A stretch of 64,000 bases of DNA. Source: Oscarella lobularis (Eukaryota). The stretch's first letter is position 1. Each line of letters opens with the position of its first letter. This document shows positions 1 through 12,600 of this stretch, in pieces. A program made the translations under genes and the position numbers. The DNA is taken from positions 1,046,690-1,110,689 of the forward strand of contig NC_089192.1 in NCBI RefSeq assembly GCF_947507565.1, read 5' to 3'. The notes under the pieces are model-generated. The model saw only the letters and a list, made by a program, of their open reading frames with translations. It made no database searches and had not been told where the DNA came from.

Positions 1-2941
1 TTGAGCCAAAAGCATATCAACACCTAGAAGACACCGTACCCTCCCTAGTAGTAAATTTTGAATTTTTTTGCGCCACCTTCATCTAGCAACTCCTTCAACA
101 CGTCCGGTTCGCACTGAATAGGTATATCGTTGTATTTGTCGCTCGCCAAATAGGAATCGACAGATCCGAAACGCGATTTCGGAATCACGAATTTATTCTC
201 GCGAAGTGGCTAATAGAATTAGATAGAACAGCCGCCATATCCCCTTCCATACGTTCTAACTACCTTCAGTCCTCTCTCTTCCGGAGTTCGACAATCGCAG
301 CCGCCGGCGATGACGTCCCAACGGCAATCGGTGTCGACCAAGTAGCCACGATAGGCGGGAGTTTCGGCCGAGAGAGCCAACTGAAACGAAATTAAGTAAG
401 CGTTTCCATAGGGGCGACTACGCACCAGTATGGGACAAACGGGTACGAGTTGATCGTAGAGATACTTTGCTTCGTCGATGTCGTACGCTTGAAACGTCAT
501 CTATGGTGGGAAAACGCGAACGTATAAAATAAATAGGGATACGTGGCGTCACTTTACTTGTAGGCAATTGCATCCCATTCCGAAGCCCATGCAATCGAGA
601 TAGACGTGGTCGTCGAGCGAGGCGGCGTTCGCTTCCGAATCGTCAAAGCGTTCGACGAAAGGAGACGGCGTGTTGACGTCTTTGAAAACTAAAGGGGGAA
701 AGGAATCAGAAATGAAAAGATATTATAAATAAAAGGGGGCCCCTATACTTGGTAAATTTATTGCTATTTTGCTGCCCCGTCGCTCTCGAATATTTCGAGT
801 CAACGTCCTAGTATACACATCTCACGAAGACGAACTCATCCTAGTTATTATTATAATGGTTACTTAAATCGAGGATGATCCTGGTGAATCGCTTCGTCGG
901 GATAGAAAAGAGATCGCGACGCGCCGTTCTCTTCTGGATGAGGAGTCGGTTGACAGATTGGCTCGGTGAAGTCAGAACAGCCTAATCTTTTGAAAAAAAA
1001 TTAGCGACTACAGTAGAGAAAAAAAATCATTTAGGTACCTGGGGAAAATGGTCAATGTCAAACAGGATATACGCGTTCCTTCCAGAAGTTGAAAGACCTC
1101 TTCTCTTCTAATAAGTATAAACAACTATGCACACATAGTCGCAAAGCCGCAGTGTTCTCACCTCGATTTCATACTCGTTTCAATTTCATTGAATTGAGAA
1201 AAGTCTCCGACGAAAACCCAGGGTCTCCCAGGCGTCGCTACCAAATCGAAAGAAGAAAACATAGATAGGTCACCCAAAAGAGAAGCATCCAATAAAAAAA
1301 GACGCATCCGGGCCAAATAGAGATGCATCCAATTAATTAAAAAAAAGATGCGCCCGGGTCAAAAAGAGATTCATGTATTCCAGGCCAGAAAGAGATGCAT
1401 GGAACGACACTCGCGCATAAAAAGTAGCGTTGGCGGGAACGCCCACTTTTGACAGGCAAGTGTCTTCAACTCATTGCGCGCGAGCGACGCTTGCGGTTCA
1501 GGCGCATGGAACGCCACTCGCGCATAAAAAGTAAAGAGTAGCGCTGGCGGGAACGCCCACTTTTGACAGGCGTCTTCTCGTTGCGCGCGAGCGACGCTTG
1601 CGGTTCAGGCGCATGGAACGCCACTCGTGCATAATAATGGCGTGGTCAATGGCAGCGTCCGACTGCAAAGGGAAGATAGAATTTTTTCAACCTGCCATTA
1701 CCACGCTATTATTATGCACTAGACACATTCCGTCCGCCTGAACCGCAAGCGCCGCTTGCGCGCAACGAGTTTCAGACACTGGTCGGACAAAAATGGTCGT
1801 TCGCAACATTTACCAATTAATTAAAAAAAGGATGCATCCAGGTCAAAAAGAGATGCATGGAACGCCACTCGCGCATAGTTGATCAACAAGTGTCTTCAAC
1901 TCGTTGCGCGCGAGCGACGCTCGCCGTTCAGGCGCATGGAACGCCACTCGCGCATAGAAAGCAAAGTGTAGCGTTGACGGGAACGCCCACTTTCGACAGG
2001 CAAGTGTCTTCAACTCGTTGCGCGCGAGCGACGCTTGCGGTTCAGGCGCATGGAACGCCACTCGCGCATAAAAAGTAAAGGGTAGCGTTGGCGGGAACGC
2101 CCACTTTCGACAGGCAAGTGTCTTCAACTCGTTGCGCGCGAGCGACGCTTACGGTTCAGGCGCATGGAACGCCACTCGTGCATAATAATGGCGTGGTCAA
2201 TGGCAGCCTCCGACTGCTAATATTTTTTCAACCTGCCATTGCCACGCTATTATTATGCACTAGACACGTTCCGTCCGCCTAAACCGCAAGCGTCGCTTGC
2301 GCGCAACGAGTTACAGACATTGGTCGGACAAAAATGGTCGTTAGTAAATTTACCAATTAAAAAAGGATGCATCCTGGCCAAAAAGAGATGCATCCAATTA
2401 AAATACCGTATTGATCACTCAAACGAAATTCAATTAAGAAAGGACTACGTATTGCCAGTTAACTAATTAAATGTACATGTCAATATTGCGGTCGGATTTT
2501 CTATATGCTAATAATTTTCTACTGTACCTACATTCAATCACGTAGCCTCCGTATTCGGGTTTCCAAGTCGACGGGTGAGAGCTAATAAGAGACGCGTTTC
2601 TGACTGCAACGCTTTTGGAATCGCCTTTCCCACTCAGTATATCGCTTTTCGTCCTCTTGAAGAAGTTTCAAATATTTCGACCCGTCGAGAAAGACGCGCG
2701 CCTTCTTCGTCTCGTGATCGAAGTAGACGAGCGTGTACTCGATCTAAAGTGCGATTTTTTTGCGAAGCTTTCTACTTCTTGTGTTTTTCACCTCGTCGCC
2801 CCATTTTAGACAGTCGCCTTTTCGATCTTTCCGTCGACGATAGATCGACAGGAACTGTCTGATTCCTGATTTCTTCACGTGCTCGACGTGCTTCTTCGTC
2901 TCTGCCCACGATAGCGGCGATCCTTCGCTCAGAAGACCCAT
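1..2941 (-). CDS. GCLC: Glutamate-cysteine ligase catalytic subunit, paralog 1; multi-exon, ATG at 2941, 3' exons run off the window start
   Basis: Minus-strand exon translations match GCLC along its length. Exon 1 (2941..2790) gives [42 protein letters not shown], followed by a gtgaaa..tttag intron. Exon 2 gives [30 protein letters not shown]. Later exons give [17 protein letters not shown] (about 2600-2555), [25 protein letters not shown] (about 1280-1200), [23 protein letters not shown] (about 1110-1040), [32 protein letters not shown] (about 990-880), [35 protein letters not shown] (about 700-600) and [64 protein letters not shown] (500-219). The last translated exon, [30 protein letters not shown], reaches position 1. 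These match the GCLC motifs FYRGY..DCRWGVIS and CMGFGMG. A large intron (about 2555-1290) contains the repeat array. Confidence 0.85.
1255..2410. repeat. Composite foldback/minisatellite array: direct ~118-bp GC-rich units, a ~95-bp palindromic spacer and one inverted unit, present as 2 composite copies flanked by agatgcatcc sub-repeats
   Basis: Direct units of the form ggaacgccactcgcgcataaaaagtaaag.gtagcgttggcgggaacgcccactttygacaggcaagtgtcttcaactcgttgcgcgcgagcgacgcttgcggttcaggcgcat occur at 1400-1620 and 1860-2160. Each block is followed by the palindromic spacer cataataatggcgtggtcaatggcag...ctgccattaccacgctattattatg (1626-1720 and 2170-2262). Then comes an inverted unit, cgcctgaaccgcaagcgccgcttgcgcgcaacgag..., and the motif ccaattaa..aaaggatgcatcc.ggtcaaaaagagatgcat. 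The same family recurs at 26790-27800. Confidence 0.9.
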
Positions 2942-2956
2942 CTAGCGAATATGTAA

Positions 2957-4145
2957 ATGGTTTGTGAACTATTTGCGCCTGCTCACAAGCTACACCCCGC
3001 CTACACCGCCTACACACCCGCACCGGCGATGCTCGACGAACTAAAAGAAAGCGTATTCGGCGGCGTATCGGCGACATGGGACAAAGATGTCTTCTCGGGG
3101 GGACCCAAGTGCCAATCGCACCTGCCTCTTTACATGAAACTGAGCGAAAACGTCGTCGTCGCGCTCTACATGATGTTCCTCTACGCGTGGACGTTTCGAA
3201 CGCTGACTCGCGTCACCGATAGCACTGTGGAGAAGATGAGAAAACGAGACGAGACGAGCGCGTCGAAGAAATTCGTCCTCGCTGCATTTTGTCTCGTTTT
3301 CGGAATGCAATTGGCGTACAAGGTCATAAGCAAGCGATTGATTTTTCTGCTTAATCCTTGTCACGCTCTCAGTATCGCGCAAGTAAGAGCTCTAAATTGA
3401 TCGCCGCGAAAAATCAATATTTATTTCGCGGGAATTAGATTTACTTATTGGCCGCTAGACCGAATAAATATAGTTTGGCGACGTTGAGGTGCAGTCTACG
3501 CAACGTCATATTTTTTCATTTTTGATTTTGTTTTTTTAGAGTTAGTGTTCACACTCTTTTCGCTGCCATGGCAGCGCTGCTATTTCCTGTTACAAAATCA
3601 ATAATCGTTAGCCACTTAATCATACTTTGTCTGCCTATTAATTTTTCAATTTTTTCTCTCTAGCTCAACGGAGAGGTTCCCCTGTACTGGGTGCAGCATC
3701 TTTTTCTCCTGTGCATTCCTGCCTACATCATATACGTATGGGGTAAGTAAGTACACCACCTATTGGTCTCAAATACTAAATGATTACATGCCTAAGGACC
3801 ATCGTCTGTCGAGAATCTTTGGGACTATTCTTGGGTTAGAGTCGGTATAATCGTCTTTGGTCACTATCATCACCACTTCCTCTCTCCCCTATCTGAAGTA
3901 ATGCCACACCCTTTACGTATATAATCTGCTATTGATACCATTAGCTGACGCTCGTTAACTTGAATTTCATGCTGTGTCCCGCTCCGGCTGATCCGGTCGG
4001 AGGGATTTACTACAGAGCGTTCATGATCGTATCGATGACGCTGTGTTTTGTACTGATCGGTAAATTGTACACCGTCCTGGTAAAGTGTTTCCTACGCACG
4101 CCTCTGACAATCGTCGAGAAGGCCAAAACGATAAAGGAAGACTAA
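2957..4145 (+). CDS. TMEM164-like multi-pass membrane protein; exons about 2957-3384, 3664-3742 and 3945-4145, 3' exon junction uncertain
   Basis: Exon 1 ORF: ...LYMKLSENVVVALYMMFLYAWTF...KKFVLAAFCLVFGMQLAYKVISKRLIFLLNPCHALSIAQ, then a gtaaga donor. Exon 2 gives LNGEVPLYWVQHLFLLCIPAYIIYVWG, then a gtaagt donor. Exon 3 gives LNFMLCPAPADPVGGIYYRAFMIVSMTLCFVLIGKLYTVLVKCFLRTP..KED*. The LLNPCH and NxMLCPA motifs and the hydrophobic profile resemble the TMEM164 family from memory. A segment that would be expected between exons 2 and 3 was not found. Confidence 0.55.
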
Positions 4146-4450
4146 GATTAAAAAACGGATTTGCCCAACGTTTCGAAAGCTATTTAAATGTGTCGTTCGC
4201 TACGTATTCTTTGCTTATTTTGACGTGAATAAAATAGCTGACATTGAGAGTATACGCGTGGTATGAGAAGGGCTCACTACATTGACTCACCTACTATGGA
4301 CAAAGCCTTCATGAGTATTCGAACATCAGTGAGTTAATAAGAGGCTTCGTGATCACGCATAGGTCACAGTCTAATTGAGGAACTAGAATGAGTGGTGCCA
4401 ACGACGCTGCAATAATAGATCAAGAGATATGAGTCACCACCCAAAAAGTC

Positions 4451-6454
4451 GTCACTCTTCCTCGTCGTCGTCGTCAGCGTGGGCGTGGATGAAAAGACTC
4501 GCAGACGGATACAGATTAGACTGTTCTAGCGTGGGAATATCGGCGAGGTCGCGCTGGAGACGCAACTCCTTGCGAGGATAGCTGCTAAAGAGCACGAATC
4601 GATCGACGTCGAGCGTCTCGTCTTCGCAAAAGACGAAGTCGTAGAGAGTCTTGGGGAAAAAAGGATGCGCGTAGTACGCGCGCTGCGGACGTTTTTTGCG
4701 CGGTAAAACGGGCTCACCTCGAGAGTGTCCGACTTTTTGAATCTTCTCTCCAGTCGTTTCCCACTGGGAAATCGTATGAGAATTTTCGTCGAATCTTTGT
4801 CGTCCGGCGCCGGTTCCTCGCCCATTTGAAGCCGCTTCGACTTCCGCAGCTCGGCGAGAGTCTTGGGGGGAGAGAAACGAATTAATTAAATTTCTTCAAT
4901 AATTATAATTTAGGTGAAAACGTTCGCACGTCTGCTCTGTTCTTTTCCTCCCGCTCTTTTTCGAGCTTTCGCTCGGCTTCGAGACGAGCAGCATTTTCCT
5001 TTTCCTTCTTTTCTTTTTCCTTAAAGAAAAGACAACGTGTCTCGACTGCACGTAAACTGAAGCACCAGTGGTTAAATTAACCTTCTCTTCGTCCTTTCTT
5101 AGCGATTCCAAATAAGCGTAGTCCTGCTGCTCGCGAAGTGCAACGGACTCGTTTCGACGATGTCTAGAACGAGAAATCGATGCAATCCCAAGGAGAAAAA
5201 AAAACGCGAGACGACTTCTCTTCTCTCGCGACGACGAGCGAAGGCTCGTTGTTCTCCAAAATCTCGACCAAACGAGCAAGCAACTCGTCACAACCGATAT
5301 AGCCTATAAAGATGTATATAAAAAACAATAATCCCACCACTACTATTAGTCTAACGCCCTCCTTACCTTCGATTCGACCCACAATCGCCATTTGCGAATC
5401 GTTGATGCAAATAACGGCTAAATAAGGGTACGCCGACTCCCTCATGACCTGAGACGCTGCGACGACAAGCATTGTAACGTACGTAGAAAAAAATCTCAGT
5501 CTCAATACCTCGAAATCCTTCGTGACTATTCACGTCGCACGCCCACATAATGACATTGTTTCTCTCGACGTACTCGACGAAACCGCTCGAGCAGACGACG
5601 TCGCGACAGAACCGATCCGTTTGCTCGTGCTCCCACGAGTGCAGGTAGACGAGAAGGAAATTGATGTCGCGACGCGCCTTCGCCACCGCGTCGTTGTACG
5701 ATAGCGGGCAGAAGGGCGGATGATTCGCACCGTAGCGCGAATCGAAAGCCGTCGCGAACGCTCGAACTTCATCGACGGCCGACGCTAAAGAAATAAATTA
5801 AAAATCCTAGAATTTATGACGTCATAATTTGGTTTTGTGACGTACCGGCCGCGGGAAAATTCGGAAGGAGGCTAACTGAAAGAGAAACGAACGTCATAAA
5901 AAAAAACATGCTTTTTTCCTCTAGCGTGTCTTTGTTACCTACGAACTGTATGAGTCCCATAATAGTGGCTCGGACGAAGCGAAAGGGAAGATAGAGCCAA
6001 TGGGCGGCCCAATCAGTCCAACTTCGAACTCTACGCGAAATTCTCGTACGACACGCGACTTGCGAATGTCTAATTTTCGTCGTACGGTACTCGGACGACG
6101 GGACCGGGCGTCTGAGCGGCGGCGGAGGCGGCGGGGGGAGGAACGAAGACTCGGCGTCGCATTTCGGGTTGTGGAGGCGATTCGCCGCCTTCGCTTTCGT
6201 TGAGAGCCGATTCGACGGCGATCTAAGATACGAATTATACTGGGAGATGCGCGTTTGATTCTCTCTGTGCCTCCAGATTCCAGCCGAATCTTTCGAGAGT
6301 TCGTCTCGACTCGGCGACGCTCGTGCCTCCCGTCAGTTCCTGCAGGGATTCTACCAGCACACTTAGGTGACCATTCGGTCCGATTTCGTACTTGGAAATG
6401 AGCTAGCTTCTCTGTTTGACTTCCGTCTAGGTCGCCTTCGAGTGACGACGCCAT
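4451..6454 (-). CDS. FAF2: FAS-associated factor 2 / UBXD8-like protein (UBA, UAS, coiled coil, UBX); multi-exon
   Basis: The N-terminus, MASSLEGDLDGSQTEKLAHFQ, then a short intron, then ELTGGTSVAESRRTLERFGWNLEAQRE, is a UBA domain that aligns with FAF2 LTQEQTEKLLQFQDLTG..TLEQHNWNIEA. A hydrophobic hairpin follows, WLYLPFRFVRATIMGLIQFV. The UAS domain gives AKARRDINFLLVYLHSWEHEQTDRFCRDVVCS..VIMWACDVNSHEGFR and IVGRIEGKEGVRL. The coiled coil gives REQQDYAYLESLRKDEEK and KEKRKEENAARLEAERKLEKERE. The UBX domain gives KILIRFPSGKRLERRFKKSDTLE, and the protein ends ..DIPTLEQSNLYPSASLFIHAHADDDDEEE with the stop at 4451-4453. Confidence 0.8.
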
Positions 6455-6624
6455 TTTTAGCGTGCTATAGCTCCCACGAGTGGCGGCACTACAAGTAATA
6501 AGACTACGAGCACTTTCCGACCTTGCCATCTGTCTTATGTACAATGAACCCCAACAAGACAAATGTAATAATATTAATACAACTGCTGCCTACAAAACCC
6601 AATTCCCGTGGACGATGCGCGTGA

Positions 6625-9600
6625 TCATTTTTTCAATGCAGAAGCGCTGAACTTCGACTTCATTCCACTGCCCTTCAACCGGGAAGAGTTAGTGGAAGGA
6701 AGAGAAGTTCGTCTGGGCGGCGTCGGACTATGCTTCGAGGAGGATTTCGGCGGTGGCTTAGGCGACGACGACAAGTCAGGCGCTTTGACTATTTTATCGC
6801 TACGGACGAAAACGCCGTGCTTTGGCCTGCACTTGAAATAGACGACTTCCTTGACAGTTCCATTGTGCTTGCCTAGAAAAAACAATAATTAAATAATTAA
6901 TTTTTTAATTGATCGACTACCGTGCGGTGTGTCTAATGCGACGCCTATCCATTGCCCCGGCTGAAATTGAGTTTCGCCCACGTACTTGACCGTTCCCATT
7001 TTGTATCCCCGAGCCATGTCCACCATGACGATTTCGCCAACTTTGAGAACCACCTGGGGCTTTTCAGGTTCCGAGTCGACCGGTAGAGAGGTGATCTCCT
7101 TTTTTGGATTCGACGACGCTGCGGGGGCGGCGGCGGCGACGGCGGCAGTGGGTCGTTCGATATCGGATTCGTTCGATTCAGTCAGTGCGATCGACCCTTC
7201 CTCCGATTTAGCCGAGGAAGGACGAACCGGTGGCGAGGTGGAGGAGCTTAGTGACGACGGCTGCGGACTCGGCTTTTCTACTTCGATCTTTTCGGTTTCT
7301 AGTTTCGGCGACGGCTGCTCGCGCTCCGTTTCCACCACGCTGGGCGAAGGTGCTTCCGTTTGATTAGCAGACGTTGACGGTTCTTCCGCCTCCTCACTGG
7401 CGACGGCGACGGAAGTCTCTTCCCGCTCCGTTTCTTTCTCAGCCTGCGCTTGTTCCGATGGCGCAACCGCGCTGGGGCTCGGCGTCTCTTCGGCCCTATT
7501 CTCGCGACTATCACCTGTCTCTTTTACCTCTATATCGGCGTTCTTTAAAGCTCCGGGCTCGGCGGACAGTTGCTCTACTTCAGTCGGAGGAGTCTCCTCC
7601 GTGGTCACAGACACTTCGACGCTACTTTCCTCGGGTTCAGATACTTTCGGCACTTCTTCTACTGGAGGTTCACTATTCGCACTTTCCGCCGCTTTGCTTT
7701 CCTCTTCAGTCGCCGCACACGCTCCCTGAACGTCCGTCGTGGAGCTCTCGTCCCTAACTGCAACTGTAGCCGTCTCAGACGTCATATCAGAGATTTTCTC
7801 CTCCTGTTCCTCTACCAAATCCTCCACCTTAAGCAGCGGCGGCGTTGAACTCTGAGCCTCCTGCTCTTCTTCTTCTTTTACCTTTGTCTCTTCTTCCGGC
7901 TCGACTGCCCTTTCCGCATCTTCCTTCGCAATCGACTCTTCGACTTCTTTCTCAGCACTGCAATCCCCACTTCCTTCGTCGTCCTCTTTCGTATCCTCGG
8001 CTAGAGAGCCGAGCGACTGATCCTCTTGATTCGTTTCGACTTCCTTCTCCTTCTCTTTCTCCTCCTCCCGTGCCAAGCTGATTAGTCGTCGAACGGGCTT
8101 GTGCGTCGGATCAGCGGCACTCGGAGTCAACGAATTACTGTCGCTGATTTTCGATATAGCGGAAGCGAGAACTCCCGGTGACGGAACCCTAAGTCCCCTC
8201 AAATTCAACTGAGAAGACTATGGTAAAGAAATTCGTAAAATTGAGAAAATTTCATACAAACAAAAATTCTTACCGGCGTTTCTTCGGTATCTTCATACAA
8301 CGTGCCGGAATCGGCTCGACTCAACGACGACTAAAAACAGAAAATCCACATTTCAAAGAAACAAACATTTTTTCAAATTTCGTACCAAAGGCTTTATAGT
8401 CATCGGCGGAGGGAGTTTCTTCAACGGACGACCCAAATCGGCGAGACGCTCTTTGACAGCGACCTCTTGTCTCAGTCGATCCAAGCTCAATATGCTGATC
8501 ACTGATGACACGCCGTGTGAGACGCGATCCAAGACGTTTTCCTCCTCCTCTTCCTCGGCGGCGAGCATTTGTTCGGGATCCGGCGACGCCGGACGATCCA
8601 TACCGGCTTGCTATAATTAAAATAATTGTTTCGATTAAATTATGCTGCGCGATCGTTTTCATTTTTCACTTTTGGTATTCCAGCGGCGATTTCGTAGACG
8701 GCGCCGCATCGCACGCGCTTGTCGCTTCGCACGAATTTCTGCTTCAAGACGCTCGCGATGCCGAGACCGGATTTTTTGTAAATTTTCACGCAGATGCGCT
8801 TGCGGAGAACGAGGCGGACGGGCAGCGGATGACTCAGTCTCGCCGTCATCTAGAATCACGACAAGAGGCATATCAGCAAAAGGCCTACTACCACAGAAGA
8901 ACGAGCAAACGCTTGGGAGAGACGTAGTCTCCTCTATCTCTATTCTTCTCTCACCTTGAGAACTAAATAGACTCGATCTCTGTCGTTCGTCGCCTTGTTC
9001 AAATGCACGTTGTCGTGCTGCGACGAATCCCACGAGGCGACGGCGGCGATCTAAATAGTCGTCTCCGCGTCGACCGGTTTCTCTATTTCGAAATTGATAC
9101 CTGTTTGTCGCTCGTTTTCACTATGGGAAGATCGATCATGCTCTCGTCGTCTTCGCCGTCTAGGAGGTAATCGTCGGCAATGACGGCCAACTCGCCGAGG
9201 CTAATCGTCTCTTCGGTGAGATCGAGAAAGACGGACGTCACTTTCGTCTCCATCGCGGGACCGAGATGTCTGCGTAAACGTTAAATTTAACGAATAATTT
9301 ATTCGTTTTTTTTTCTACTCTCCGCACTTGTTTCGCACTGACGGCGAGCCGGGAACGCCCGTTCCGGGCATGGGCTGCGTCACCGCCTGTCTTTCCCACT
9401 GAAGCAACGTCCACTCGTCGATCAGCTCCGACTCGCGTTCCATGTCGTCTTTGCTTCGATCTAAGCGCGAGCACCGTTTTAATCGAGCGATTGATTAATT
9501 TATTATTTCACTTTTGATCCCACCTGACTTGTCCACGATCCTATGAATCTGCTCGTCGAGAAAGGCTCTTCGCTTCATCAGAGCCGAAGACCATTTCTCC

Positions 9601-12600
9601 CTTAGTCTAGGGAGAGAATAGAGATATAAGAAGAAGGTCGCGACAGGCCACTTGCTTTTCGAGTCCAATGTCAGTGTAACTATCCAGCGATATGGCCTGC
9701 TTATTCTGATGCACAACAGCGCCAACGGCGATCTTTTCCACCGCTTCGAAAGCGACCGGACCCGATCCCGATCCTTTGACGGCGTTGATGACGACGTGAA
9801 TGCGTCGAGACTGACCCTGAGAAGAGAAAAATACAAATACAGTAGTCTTATGTATATAGAATCTTTTGGCTAACCTGCTTGAGAAGAAATATTCCGCCCG
9901 TTCGGTTGTCCGGTCGTTCGACCAGCTGCACCGGCGCATATTCTCCCGTCTCGTTCAGCTCCATCACTTCGACGATCATTTCAAATCGCTTCAGCACTTC
10001 GCTCCACCTACGCAGAATAATAGAAATAATACGACGTCTCTTTTTTTTCTCGTTCTGCTATATGCCTTTCGGATAGCGATCGATTTTTCAGCGCTCGAGG
10101 CTGAACCAGCGCCTCAGAGAAGCCTATACTACGATTGCCGTAGACTTCGAAGCGAATGCAGTCGTAGGCGATGTAGTCGACGAAATCGTCCGTTGCCACG
10201 ACAGGAAAAATCTAAAGAAACCATTGCTGTTGTTTCGCACACAATCCCCCCGTCTCGTCTACGTGATCGTTTTCGAATATGACTTTTTGCCGGCGCACAA
10301 TCGCGACGCCGTTCGAGTCTCTCAACGGCGACACGATGACCTGCTTGTGATTGAAGAAGTCGTACTGGCAGAAGACGTACTTGCACCATTCCTGAGGCAG
10401 GCCGGACGCTTCAACAACGGAAACCTTGGCAAGGAACACGCGATTTCAATTAAAAAAAAAACGCCATGTCGAATACCTGAATAGTCCAATAACTGTCGTC
10501 GCCGTTCATTCGCGGAGTGTTGCCAAGGAGAACGAAGTCGGTCATATCGTCAGTCAGATCAACTGTAGAGGAAATAAATTTTAATTATTATTATTACATA
10601 CGCGTATCTAGTTTCCTTACAAGACTGATGTCGTTTAATCTTCACGTCAAGTCGACCGCAAATCTACGTTCAGACGACGTGCTACAATTCCCTAACGGGG
10701 GGCCCCCCACACACACGTGCTTACCTCTCCCTTCTGGTCGATAATCGGAGGCGAATACTCGAGCTCGACTTCGTGGTGAAGACATTCGAGAAATAGATTA
10801 GCGACGCCGATGAGCACGTGCGAGTCTTGATCGTAAAACGGATCGTTCATCTCGAGTTCGTCCTTCAAGGCGCCGTCCTGAAGTCGCTGATACATGTCGC
10901 GCATGTCGACCAATTTATCCTCAAGCTTATCGACGGACCAAGCTAAAAGAAAAAAATTCCTCTTATTAGCAGTTATTTTTTAATTAAAAAATTTTTTTAC
11001 TCGTGTTTCGACTTTTATTCTTGGCGTAGTTCAACGCGATTACGACTTCGTTTGGACGCTTTCGCTTGGGGGCGCCCTTTCGACGCGGCGACAAAAATTC
11101 GCGACGAATCTAGAGAGCGCGATCATAACAAATCCACGCACGCGCGCGCGCGGGCGGGCGGGCGCGCCGCCGGAGTCAACCTGAAGCGACACTTTGAATT
11201 TGACGTCTTTATCCATTTCACTACTAAGACAATTCGCCTCCCTATTATAGAGAACAAAACCCTCTCAGAGACATAGTCAAACTTTCCGCAATGTTTCCTC
11301 TTCCTACCTAACCATCTCCATAGCGGATAACATGTTCTCCTTCAATCGTCTCAAGTCCTCTTCGTTGTAGAGCTCCTCTTCTTCGTCACTAGACGCGCCA
11401 ATACTCAATCTCGCAAACGTACTGTATTGGTATTGTATTACCTCAATAGATCGAGTCGACTTCCTCGCGCCGAGCCGGGCGTCGCCGGCGTCGCCGGCGG
11501 CGACGTCGAATCCCGCTTCACCGTACTCTGCATCTGACCTCTCAATTCTTCGAGCTTCTTCTCGTACATCATTCTCTGTTCGTCGAGAGCGCCTGCGAAG
11601 ACGACGATCGTTTCCTTGCCAACGAGGAGGAGGAGTCTCTTGCCTTGTTTGTCGGCTATGTGTTTCTCTTCGAGCGACTTGACAACGTCGTCGACGTTCG
11701 TTCGCAGCATCTCATTCATGGAGACTTCTTTCTTGGCGGACTCGTAGTCCATGGGAACGTTCTCCTCGCCGCCAGTCGATTCTTAATCCCATATATCTAT
11801 ATATCCCCCTCCTCTCGTTCGCTCTCCCCTACCTCGCTTTCGATCGCAGCTGACTCGAAAGAAATGATTGTTTCCCCAGAGTATGCGATCGCCCTGATAG
11901 AGAAGCGTTCTCTCCGTGACGAGACATCCGTTGATGAACGTCTGAGCGTTCTTCTCCGGCGTGACGTAGAGATCGCGATCTTCTGTCTCGAGAACGCAGT
12001 GCTGCGGATGAATTCCTAAACCTTGAAGTCGAATGTCCTAGAAGGAGACAGAGACATCAAAAAAAGCATATACATATATAGTCCCTTATTTACTTACAGG
12101 AGGAGGTACGCCGTCCTTTCGGCCGACTCTCATATAAGGCTAATAATAATAATAATAATAATTAACATTGATTCCCCACGTGTTTTTTATGACTCACTCT
12201 GAGATAGTAGACAAGAAGTTCGTTTAACGACGGATCGGCGTTCAGATTGACGAGATAGAACTTTCCCGATTCGACGCCGATTCCGGATGCTTGAATCGAG
12301 ATGCCCATCTCTTCCAGAGCCTCTTGCCTTTTCTAAATAAATAAGATGAGAAACCAATGAGGTTTCGGTCTTCACGGTCTTGTCCTCCTTTACATGGTGA
12401 ATTCGCTCCGTTTCGGCCAATTTCTCTTCCCAAGTCATCGTTATGCTGTTCATTAGCCTCTCACTAATAGCCAGCTTCTCCTTCAGATTGTCCACCTGCG
12501 AAAACAGTTTCAGACGCGAGTACGTCGTTTTGCAGTTCCCTCATTAGCTTTTAGCTAATCGACCTCTTTCTGATCCACTTCGCTGCCTACTCCACCTGGC

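Noticed and set aside
6986-8081. Plus-strand ORFs (125, 127, 92 and 78 aa) rich in S/P/R.
   Set aside because: They are antisense to the long S/E-rich low-complexity exon of the kinesin gene. Low-complexity sequence gives open frames on both strands.
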